From: Candidatus Iainarchaeum sp.
Lineage (GTDB): Archaea; Iainarchaeota; Iainarchaeia; Iainarchaeales; JAAZKV01
DNA length: 64,000 bases
Assembly: GCA_028691435.1 (NCBI GenBank)
Contig: JAQUZG010000001.1
Coordinates: 66,921-130,920, forward strand
Reading direction: 5' to 3'
Shown: in pieces, positions 18,589-26,432 of the stretch
How the letters are laid out: each line of letters begins with the position of its first letter
Position numbering within the stretch: position 1 is the first letter of the stretch
Notes under the pieces: generated by a model
What the model saw: only the letters and a program-made list of their open reading frames with translations
Told to the model about the DNA's origin: nothing
The model's database searches: none
Program-made: the position numbers and the translations under genes

Positions 18589-19359
18589 ATGGAAAAAATG
18601 GGTTTTATTAGACAAGTTTATTCATTAATCAATCAATCCGATATTTTACTTGAAGTAATTGATGCGAGATTTCCAGACAGAACAAGAAATTTAGCTATTG
18701 AAAATATAATTATTCAAAAAGAAAAAGCGTTAATTTTTGTTTTAAATAAATCAGATTTAGTTTCTAGATCAAAAACTGCTAAAAGTAAAAAAAAATTGAT
18801 TGAAGAGAAAAAAGCAAGAGTTGTTTTTATTTCTGCAAAATCAAGAAATGGAATTTCTTTACTTAAACGAGAAATTAGCATGGTTAAATCTGAATTAAAA
18901 AAATCTGAATTAACTATCGGTTTAATTGGTTATCCTAATGCAGGAAAATCTTCTCTAATTAATGCATTAAGTGGAAAAGGAAGAGGAAAAGTTGGAGTTT
19001 CAAGTAAAGCTGGATTTACTAGGGGACTACAAAAAATAAAAGTTTCTGATGGAGTTTACTTAATTGATGCTCCAGGAATAATTCCCTATGATCAAAAAGA
19101 TGATTTTGAATTATTTTTAGTTGGAGCAAGAAATCCTAATCAAGTTGATGATGTTAATACAGTTGCAATAAAATTGATTTCTGAATTTAAAGAAGAAATT
19201 GCAAATTATTTTAAAATAAAAAATTATGAGAATTTAGATGAAGATGAAATCCTTGAAATTATTGGAAAACAAAATCATTTTTTAAAAGCAGGCGAATTAA
19301 TTGATGAAGATAAAACATCTCGTTTTATTTTAAACAAATATGATAGAAATGAAATGTAA
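18589..19359 (+). CDS. Circularly permuted ribosome-biogenesis GTPase (YlqF/RbgA/Nog2 family)
   Basis: G4 NKSDL precedes G1 GYPNAGKSSLINAL and G3 DAPG, the permuted order diagnostic of this family. Confidence 0.65.
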   Translation: MEKMGFIRQVYSLINQSDILLEVIDARFPDRTRNLAIENIIIQKEKALIFVLNKSDLVSRSKTAKSKKKLIEEKKARVVFISAKSRNGISLLKREISMVKSELKKSELTIGLIGYPNAGKSSLINALSGKGRGKVGVSSKAGFTRGLQKIKVSDGVYLIDAPGIIPYDQKDDFELFLVGARNPNQVDDVNTVAIKLISEFKEEIANYFKIKNYENLDEDEILEIIGKQNHFLKAGELIDEDKTSRFILNKYDRNEM

Positions 19360-19385
19360 TTATTTTATTAATTTATTTATATTTA

Positions 19386-19885
19386 TGGTTGAATATCTTT
19401 ATCAAGTTGATAAACATAATAAAGTTTTAGGAAAAGTTGAAAGAAACTTTGCGCATGAAAATGGAATCTTACATCGCGCTGGCATGGTTTTAATTTTTAA
19501 TAAAAACAATGAACTATTTTTAACAAAACGTGCTAAAACAAAATCTTATTCAAATTGTTATGATTGTGGTTGTTCTTATCATATTCAATATGGTGAAACA
19601 AATGATGGAGCATTAAAACGAGAATTGTTTGAAGAAACAAAATTAAAAGAAAATCCAATATTTTTTGGTGATTTTTTAATTGATAGTGAAATATCACTAG
19701 AAAAAATGTTTGTTTTAGTGTATGTTTTAATTACTGATTCAAAAATTGTTTTAGATTCAAAAGAAGCAGTTGATGGAAAATATTATTCCTTAAAAGAAGC
19801 AGATAAATTAATTTCTAAAGAATCAGTTATTTGGTTAAAACAAGCTTGGGGATTATATAAAAAAGTTAATAATTTATTTATCTAA
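19386..19885 (+). CDS. idi: Nudix-fold protein, isopentenyl-diphosphate isomerase type 1-like
   Basis: ILHRAGMVLIFNKNNELFLTKRA...CYDCGCSYHIQYGETNDGALKRELFEETKL aligns with IDI-1 LHRAFSVFLFN...VWTNSCCGHP...RRLxEELGI. The track ORF starts at 19340, overlapping the upstream gene; ATG 19386 is more plausible. Confidence 0.5.
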
Positions 19886-20066
19886 ATTTTTTATGTCTTC
19901 AATTATTTTTTTTAGTTTCATTTTTTTGCTTAGCGTTTTTTCTACTTCTAGTCGAAGTTGAAATTCTCTTACTATTTCATCATTAATTAGTCTCATAAAT
20001 TATTATTCTTGCTAAAGTGTTAAAAAGGCATCTTTATTTTGTTAAAATCAAAAAATTTAGTAAAAT

Positions 20067-20450
20067 TTAAAGTATATCTTCTATTTTTTTAGCTACTTTA
20101 TTTGCTTCGTCAAGTTTTATCATATAATTTTTGTTTCGTAAAACAAAATCTTGGGGTTTTAAAAGTATCCACCCTTTAAATGGCACTTTCCAAGCAATTA
20201 AAAATATGGCGCCAGCTTTTTTTGCCCAATTTATTTCTTCTTGCATTTGTTCTATTTCAATCGCTAAATAGTTTCCTTTTCGTGCTTTACATTCAAACGC
20301 AATAATTTTACCATTTTTTAGTGCAACAACATCTGGGCAAGGCAATGGATTAACTCCAGAACCAGCTACTCTTAATACAGCATATCCAATTTTATCAAGT
20401 AATTTGATTAATTCTCTTTCAGCGTTTGCTCCTTTTGCGTTTCTTGCCAT
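20067..20450 (-). CDS. hjc: Holliday junction resolvase Hjc
   Basis: KGANAERELIKLLDKIGYAVLRVAGSG...PDVVALKNGKIIAFECKARK is the Hjc nuclease fold (E, D, EVK motifs). Confidence 0.75.
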   Translation of the reverse strand: MARNAKGANAERELIKLLDKIGYAVLRVAGSGVNPLPCPDVVALKNGKIIAFECKARKGNYLAIEIEQMQEEINWAKKAGAIFLIAWKVPFKGWILLKPQDFVLRNKNYMIKLDEANKVAKKIEDIL

Positions 20451-20530
20451 TTAATCACTTTTTTTCCACATAGTAACATTTAAAATATCTTTATTTATTA
20501 ATTTTTCTAAGGATTAGTAAAATTGAGAAT

Positions 20531-20809
20531 ATGAAATTGTATTTAAAGGTTTCAACTGGAAAAAAAGCTTTTAGAATTGTTTTTTTTAATGATGATGAAA
20601 ACAAGCTTTTTGTTGAACTTAAAAATAATCCCAAAGATAATAAAGCAAACATTGAATTAATTAAAAATTTAAAAAAATTTTTTAATTGTGAAGTGAATTT
20701 AATTTCGGGATTTAAATCAAAAGAAAAATTAATTGAAATTATTTCTTCAAAAGAAGAAATTAATTTAGTTTTATTGAATTTCTCAAATACTAATTCTATT
20801 AAAAAATAA
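20531..20809 (+). CDS. DUF167/YggU-family protein
   Basis: KVSTGKKAFRIV...PKDNKANIELIKNLKKFF..EVNLISGFKSKEK matches the DUF167 pattern (GKAN.ELIKFL...V.IVSG..SR.K). Chosen over the overlapping antisense ORF 20491..20817. Confidence 0.55.
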   Translation: MKLYLKVSTGKKAFRIVFFNDDENKLFVELKNNPKDNKANIELIKNLKKFFNCEVNLISGFKSKEKLIEIISSKEEINLVLLNFSNTNSIKK

Positions 20810-20893
20810 TTTATCAAAAATTAAATTCTGATAAATTAAAATAAAAATATAGTCATTCATAAACATGAATTAAAAATAAGGGGTTGAATTAAA

Positions 20894-22489
20894 ATGGCTA
20901 AGACTTATTTAAGTACAGTAAAATATGAAATTAAAGCAAGTTATGAAATTACAGGAATTGTAGATAAACCTGATATTATTGGTGCTATTTTTGGTCAAAG
21001 TGAAGGATTACTTGGTCAAGATATGGACTTAAAGGAATTACAACAAAATGGAAAACTTGGAAGAATAGAAATTTCTGTTAAAAAAGGAAAAGGAAAAACT
21101 AATGGGGAAATAATTATTCCATCTTCATTAGATAAAGTTAAAACAAGTATTCTTGCAGCAACAATAGAAACAGTAAATAAAGTTGGTCCATGTGATGCAG
21201 TAATAAAAATTCTTGGTATAGAAGATACTAGACAAGAAAAACGAAGTGTTATTACAGACCGTGCAAAAGAACTTTTGAAAAGTATGCAAGCAAACGATGA
21301 ATCTACAGAAAGTATTGAAATTGCTGAAGAAATTAAATCAGATATTAGAACTGAAAAAATTGTAAAATATAAAGGACTTGCTGCTGGGCCAGAAGTTGAA
21401 ATGAGTGAAGAAATTATACTTGTTGAAGGAAGAGCAGATGTATTAAAACTATTAAGTTATGGTATAAAAAATGCAATTGAAATGAATGGTAGTAATATTT
21501 CACCAGCTTTAATTGAATTATGTAAAGTAAAAAATGTAACAGTTTTAGTTGATGGTGATAGAGGCGGAGAATTAAATATAAAAAAATTAGCTTCATTAAC
21601 AAAAATTGATTTTGTTGCAAAAGCACCAGATGGAAAAGAAGTTGAAGAACTAACACAAAAAGAAATTTTACTTTCTTTAAAAAGAAAAGTTCCATTTGCT
21701 GAATCAATAAGAAATAATTCAAATCAAGTTGAACAAACAAATAATTTTAATCAAAATCAAGGAAATGGTTATAGAAATAATAATTTTGTTCAAAGACCAT
21801 TTAATCCACACAATAATTTTGGTAATAGGCCAAATTTCAATAATAATGGTGGATTTAATAATAATTTTAATAATCGAAATAATTTCCAAGATAGAAACAA
21901 TTTTGGTAATAGGCCTAATTTCAATAATAATAGAAATGGTCAGAATTTTCAAGGTAATGGTTTTAGGAATAATAATTTTGTTCAAAGACCTAATTTCAAT
22001 AATAATCGGGATGGTCAGAATTTTCAAGGTAATGGTTTTAGGAATAATAATTTTGGTAATCGTCCTAATTTCAATTCACGACCTGGATTTAATCAAAGAC
22101 CTAGTTTTGGGCAACCAAATTTTAGATCAGATGCTCCTGTAGAATTTGATCAAAATCCAAGATTTGAAAATCAAAATATTGTTAGAGAAGAAAGAAACGA
22201 AGTAGTAACACCAAAAGAAATTCTTAATTTAAAAAAAGATTTTGATAAATTAAAAGGAAAAGGAAAAGCACGACTACTTGACGAAAAATATAAAAAAATC
22301 AAAGATGTTGGCGTAAAAGAAATGGTTGACACTATTGCAAAATCAAAGAAAAAAGTACATGTTATAATGTATGATGGAGTAATTTCAAAAAAAGTAATTG
22401 ATACTGCTGAAGAAAAAAACATCCCATATATTGTGGCTGTAAAAAAAGCAAAAGTATCTTCAACTAAAGTAAAATTAATTACAATGTAA
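20894..22489 (+). CDS. dnaG: Archaeal DnaG (Toprim primase-like, exosome-associated) with a large N/F/R/G-rich low-complexity insertion
   Basis: N-terminus KPDIIGAIFGQSEGLLGQDMDLKELQQNGKLGRIEI is diagnostic of archaeal DnaG. A Toprim region follows. An insertion of about 140 aa made of NNFGNRPNFNNN / GQNFQGNGFRNNNF repeats precedes the conserved C-terminus. Confidence 0.8.
   Translation: MAKTYLSTVKYEIKASYEITGIVDKPDIIGAIFGQSEGLLGQDMDLKELQQNGKLGRIEISVKKGKGKTNGEIIIPSSLDKVKTSILAATIETVNKVGPCDAVIKILGIEDTRQEKRSVITDRAKELLKSMQANDESTESIEIAEEIKSDIRTEKIVKYKGLAAGPEVEMSEEIILVEGRADVLKLLSYGIKNAIEMNGSNISPALIELCKVKNVTVLVDGDRGGELNIKKLASLTKIDFVAKAPDGKEVEELTQKEILLSLKRKVPFAESIRNNSNQVEQTNNFNQNQGNGYRNNNFVQRPFNPHNNFGNRPNFNNNGGFNNNFNNRNNFQDRNNFGNRPNFNNNRNGQNFQGNGFRNNNFVQRPNFNNNRDGQNFQGNGFRNNNFGNRPNFNSRPGFNQRPSFGQPNFRSDAPVEFDQNPRFENQNIVREERNEVVTPKEILNLKKDFDKLKGKGKARLLDEKYKKIKDVGVKEMVDTIAKSKKKVHVIMYDGVISKKVIDTAEEKNIPYIVAVKKAKVSSTKVKLITM
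21936..22054 (+). repeat. Near-perfect 44-bp direct repeat (period 75 bp) inside dnaG low-complexity region
   Basis: atggtcagaattttcaaggtaatggttttaggaataataatttt occurs at about 21936 and 22011. More degenerate copies lie upstream from about 21760. Confidence 0.7.
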
Positions 22490-22524
22490 ACTTTTTTTTA
22501 AAAGTTTATAAAAAATCAAAGATT

Positions 22525-22632
22525 TAAACTCTAAAAATAATTTTTAGAGTTTACTAAATTATTTTTGTGCAACCTAATGGGTTGCGATTTATTTTTTTAA
22601 AAAAATTTGTTTGCAACTCAATTGAGTTGCAA
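22525..22632. terminator. Three tandem perfect hairpins between convergent genes (bidirectional terminator candidates)
   Basis: Hairpin 1: 22525-22553 taaactctaaaaat/aatttttagagttta (13-bp stem). Hairpin 2: 22569-22585 gcaacc-taatg-ggttgc. Hairpin 3: 22611-22632 ttgcaactcaa/ttgagttgcaa. Each is flanked by A/T runs. Confidence 0.45.
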
Positions 22633-22645
22633 TTAAAAATTTGAA

Positions 22646-23146
22646 TTATTTTTTCTTTTTAAAAGCTCTAACTGGAGCATTTTTTTGTTTTAATTCTTTA
22701 AATGGTCTTAATGCTACTTGTGTTTCTTCAATTGGTAAAACAAAAGATGCGCTTAAGTAAAGATTTATTGCGAATAACAATAATGCTGCATATATGAATA
22801 ATATTGCAACTGGGAATGTTAATGCAGTAATCTTCTGTCTTGTTGTTAAAAATGTTTGATTAGGTGGTATTTGTGCACCAGTAATATCTTTTAATGAACT
22901 TTTACAATCTTGAAATTGTAATTGTGAAAGAACTTTTTGTTCTGTTGTTACATCCATTGTTTTATAATCAATTATTCTTGAATCAACAACGCATGTGTCA
23001 AAATCTCTTATAACTTGCCAAGAGTCAAAAACAACTGCAAAAGAATTAATAAACATCATAACTGCTATGATTATTAAAAAAATTGCGAATGATCTAACTA
23101 ATGGGTTATAATCTGAACCTATTTTAAATAATGATAATTTTTTCAA
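22646..23146 (-). CDS. Hypothetical membrane protein (2 TM)
   Basis: Hydrophobic segments AIFLIIIAVMMFINSFAVVF and VAILFIYAALLLFAINLYL. No motif. Confidence 0.4.
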   Translation of the reverse strand: MKKLSLFKIGSDYNPLVRSFAIFLIIIAVMMFINSFAVVFDSWQVIRDFDTCVVDSRIIDYKTMDVTTEQKVLSQLQFQDCKSSLKDITGAQIPPNQTFLTTRQKITALTFPVAILFIYAALLLFAINLYLSASFVLPIEETQVALRPFKELKQKNAPVRAFKKKK

Positions 23147-23364
23147 TCTAATCGCCCCCGATTTCTTAATTAATTAAGGAAAACTTATATTTAAAGGTTG
23201 TTAATAATTGTTTTTTGAAAATCTTATAAATGAAATAAATGTAGTTACCTCTTTTTATTAAATATAACAATTTTTATAAATTAGTTGATGTTTGTTTAAC
23301 TTTTCATTTTTCTAACTTTTTTAAAATAATAGTATTAATGTTTAGTTAATTTATTTTACTTAAA

Positions 23365-24753
23365 CTAAATTTTGCCAATTCGTTTGATGCCATGTGTTCG
23401 CATATATTCTTGCCAAACAATAAACACTATGCCTTTTGAAGCATCAAGATCTTTTCCACCAATCCTTAATTTTTTTGCGAATTGCTCAATTGTTTCAATT
23501 AATCCATTAAAATCAGTAATCACTGCATTATGGGCTGCTTTTGGATTTTTATAAAACCCAGCTGTATCCAAATCTAATAATGTTGAGGATGCAGTAATAT
23601 TATGTCCTGAAAAAACGCTCATTCCTTGTGAAGATAAAGATCCGCCTAATCTAACATCAAATGCGTATAATGATAATGCTAACCTACATGAAAAAACAAA
23701 TAATAATTCTTTTTTTACCTCATTTAATGAAACAAATTTTTTTGCTATTCTTGAATAAACTTTGCCTGTTTTAAGTGAATCCTTTGTTAGATTTATCCCA
23801 TAGTAGTCCATTGTTTGTCTCCAATCTTCATCAAATCTAAATTTATTAAGTTCCATAATCCTATGATTCAATGGGACGGAATATGCAAAATAAATTGGAT
23901 TTTTAATTTTTCCTTTTAAACTTGTGGCAGCTAAACCTTTCATTAATTTAAACCATCTAGCTCCCTTAAGATTTTTAATTGCTTTTTTTTCTTCTAAAGA
24001 AAGATATTTAGAATATTTCTTTATAAATGCATCTGGGTTTTTAATTGCAAGGGGAACTTGTTGTAAATCAAAAACTGCAATTGGATTCATAACACTTACT
24101 CGTCTTATAGCAGTAATTGAAAAATATTTTCTTACAAAAGGATCTGTTTTTAATTTAACTAATTCGTTTCTCAATAAGTTAGCATTTTCAATTGCGTTTG
24201 TAATTGTTTCTTCTCTTGCTAATCCAATATATCTCTGTTCTACAACATTTGGCCATCGTACGTATTCAAAAATAGATTTTACATTTGAATCAGTACTCAC
24301 TTTGTTTTTAAATTTTGACCTTCGTTTAATTTCATTTTCAGCTAATTTTGAAAAAAAATCATCATCCCTAAATAAACCATTCGCTTCAAAACTTTTTTTT
24401 AATTTTATTTCAATCTGTTCTTTAGATAAATTTGATTCAGATTCTGACTTAATCCTATTTTGTGATGCCCCCGTCCCCTTCATTACCAAAGTCATTTGTC
24501 TATTTGATTTTCCTTTTGGGGAAGTAGCAAAACTTCGCCCATGCGCCCCATCAAATTTAGTTTCAGGAGTCTTAATTGGAACAAGGTATAAATTTCTAGT
24601 ATCATGCCCATTTTCACGTAAACTTTCACCTACTTTTAAACGATGAACTGGGACTAGTAGGCTTCTTTGGTTTTTCAATGCTTTATGATCAAGCGGTAAA
24701 TCTAGTCTAAGTCTTGCTAAAACTGACATTGAATTAATTCTTTTTCTATGCAT
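23365..24753 (-). CDS. Hypothetical protein, compositionally atypical (GC-richer). Possible Pol-beta-like NTase motif near C-terminus.
   Basis: 462-aa ORF whose DNA is visibly more G/C-rich than its flanks. Basic, disordered N-terminus. The C-terminal GGSLSSQGMSVFSGHNITASSTLLDLDTAG ... AVITDFNG resembles a GS...DhDh...D nucleotidyltransferase pattern; a kinase-like H-N/DLD loop is an alternative. No family assigned. Confidence 0.35.
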   Translation of the reverse strand: MHRKRINSMSVLARLRLDLPLDHKALKNQRSLLVPVHRLKVGESLRENGHDTRNLYLVPIKTPETKFDGAHGRSFATSPKGKSNRQMTLVMKGTGASQNRIKSESESNLSKEQIEIKLKKSFEANGLFRDDDFFSKLAENEIKRRSKFKNKVSTDSNVKSIFEYVRWPNVVEQRYIGLAREETITNAIENANLLRNELVKLKTDPFVRKYFSITAIRRVSVMNPIAVFDLQQVPLAIKNPDAFIKKYSKYLSLEEKKAIKNLKGARWFKLMKGLAATSLKGKIKNPIYFAYSVPLNHRIMELNKFRFDEDWRQTMDYYGINLTKDSLKTGKVYSRIAKKFVSLNEVKKELLFVFSCRLALSLYAFDVRLGGSLSSQGMSVFSGHNITASSTLLDLDTAGFYKNPKAAHNAVITDFNGLIETIEQFAKKLRIGGKDLDASKGIVFIVWQEYMRTHGIKRIGKI

Positions 24754-25012
24754 ATCATTATTTATTTTTTAAAATTAATAATATTAACTATTATTAAAAA
24801 AGAGTTTGTTTACTTTATTCAATGATTTTAAGTTATGTATTTTAATTCAAAATTAATTGAAATATTTTTTTATTAAATTTATTGTAAAAAGGTTAAATTT
24901 GATTAAATATATTGTAAAAGAATGTTAATTGAACATATAAATCCAAGCACATAAAAAAATCAAAATTATATTATTTCTAGAAATTATTTCATATAATTTA
25001 AAAATTAATTAA

Positions 25013-25561
25013 TTATCTCAAGTTTAAATTAGTTAATCCATTAAAAAGTTTCACTGGAATTGTTTTTTTTAATTTACTAACATCAAGATATGATATCTGT
25101 CCAGTTTCATCTTTTATTAAAATTGATAATTTTTTAGTAAATGGGTGAGTAGTTATTTCAATAAATTTTCCACCATAAATTTTTCCGCTATTGCTTATGA
25201 ATGCGATTTGATCGCCAGGATAAACTCCTATAACTAATTTTCTTGCTTTTAATTCAATTTTTGAAATTGGGCCTCTTGCAAGTCTTTTTGCAAGTAATTT
25301 TTCATTAAACATTTCTTTTCTTCTTTGTGTAATATTTTTACTTATTTCTGTAAGATTTCCAATGGCTATTAAGTCAGCTCTGTTTTTTGGTCTTTGATTT
25401 TTTAATACTGTTTTTGTTGCTCTATCTTGTTCTCTTGCATGTTCTGATGCTTCTATTGCTTTTTCTCTTTCTTTAATTAGTCTTTTTTTTCTTAATTGAT
25501 ATTTTACTCTATCAGTCACAGTTGGCTTTGGTTTTCTTGCAAGCATATTTAATCTACTCAT
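25013..25561 (-). CDS. Hypothetical basic protein with C-terminal small beta-barrel (KOW/SH3-like?)
   Basis: N-terminal K/R-rich 110 aa, then KLVIGVYPGDQIAFISNSGKIYGGKFIEITTH. Confidence 0.3.
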   Translation of the reverse strand: MSRLNMLARKPKPTVTDRVKYQLRKKRLIKEREKAIEASEHAREQDRATKTVLKNQRPKNRADLIAIGNLTEISKNITQRRKEMFNEKLLAKRLARGPISKIELKARKLVIGVYPGDQIAFISNSGKIYGGKFIEITTHPFTKKLSILIKDETGQISYLDVSKLKKTIPVKLFNGLTNLNLR

Positions 25562-25576
25562 TTTTAATTTATATAT

Positions 25577-26338
25577 TTATCTTTTAGTTTTAAAATGTCT
25601 AAACACACTTTTTGAAGATTGTCTTGAGTGTAATTCTGCTAACGATTGGTTAATTGGTGCTTTCTTTCTTTTTTTTAATAAAGCTATTTTTAATGAATTT
25701 AAAACACGTTGTTTTGTTTTTGATTTTTTAGCATTATCATTTATAATTTCTCTGATTAATTTTCTTTCTCGTCCAAAAATTATTGTATTAATTGAAATAT
25801 TTGTTAAATCTTTAAATTGACTTAATTGTTCTCTTAAATTCGCTATGTGGCCAGCGCCCACAATAACAAAAATTAAACTATTTGCTCTTGTGTATGCACT
25901 AGCTCTAATATTTGCACTCATTGCATGTTCTCTTAAGTTTTCTAAAATTTCTAATTTTTTTGAATTAGTTTTTGAAAATTTTTTCTTTAATAAATCCGTT
26001 ATTTTATTGTGTTGTTGTTTAATACTCTTTGATTCAATAGGTATAATTTCAATACCTCTTTTTTTAGCAGTTATAATTATTTCTTCAAAAGCGTTATAAT
26101 CACTAAATAATTCATTAACTTTTTCTTTGTCTTCTGGAGATCCAAATCTTTTAATAGCAATTTTATAATTATTTATTTGTTGAAAAATTTCATTATAATT
26201 AAATGGAACTTCAAGAGCAATTCTTGAATTTCTTGGTAATTTTTGAATATAATTAATTATAGCTTCATGACATTTTAATTGATTGTCATGTACTAATGGA
26301 ATTAATTCAATTTTTGGTAATAAATTAGTTTGAACCAT
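25577..26338 (-). CDS. TraB/PrgY/GumN (TIKI)-family-like protein, putative
   Basis: C-terminal SLIFVIVGAGHIANL resembles the second GxxH motif of the TraB/TIKI family. The N-terminal motif is divergent. Confidence 0.35.
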   Translation of the reverse strand: MVQTNLLPKIELIPLVHDNQLKCHEAIINYIQKLPRNSRIALEVPFNYNEIFQQINNYKIAIKRFGSPEDKEKVNELFSDYNAFEEIIITAKKRGIEIIPIESKSIKQQHNKITDLLKKKFSKTNSKKLEILENLREHAMSANIRASAYTRANSLIFVIVGAGHIANLREQLSQFKDLTNISINTIIFGRERKLIREIINDNAKKSKTKQRVLNSLKIALLKKRKKAPINQSLAELHSRQSSKSVFRHFKTKR

Positions 26339-26432
26339 AATTAATCAATGTTTATTTGGTTTAAAATAACTTTTGATTTTAAAAAAAATAGAAATTTAAC
26401 ATTGTGATTAAACAATGTTAAATGTAATTAAT

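Noticed and set aside
19880-19998. 40-aa minus-strand ORF (MRLINDEIVREFQLRLEVEKTLSKKMKLKKIIEDIKNLDK) between idi and hjc
   Set aside because: It is very short and overlaps the idi stop. There is no supporting motif. Likely chance.
20491-20817. 108-aa minus-strand ORF overlapping the DUF167 gene
   Set aside because: The plus-strand ORF (20531-20809) has a recognisable DUF167 pattern (GKANxELIKxL...SGxxSRxK). The minus ORF is phenylalanine/leucine/serine-rich antisense noise.
21414-22142. Three ORFs (21414-21740 minus, 21719-22027 minus, 21729-22142 plus) inside dnaG
   Set aside because: These are low-complexity I/L/K-rich translations of the AT-rich repeat region in alternative frames. The dnaG frame is conserved end to end.
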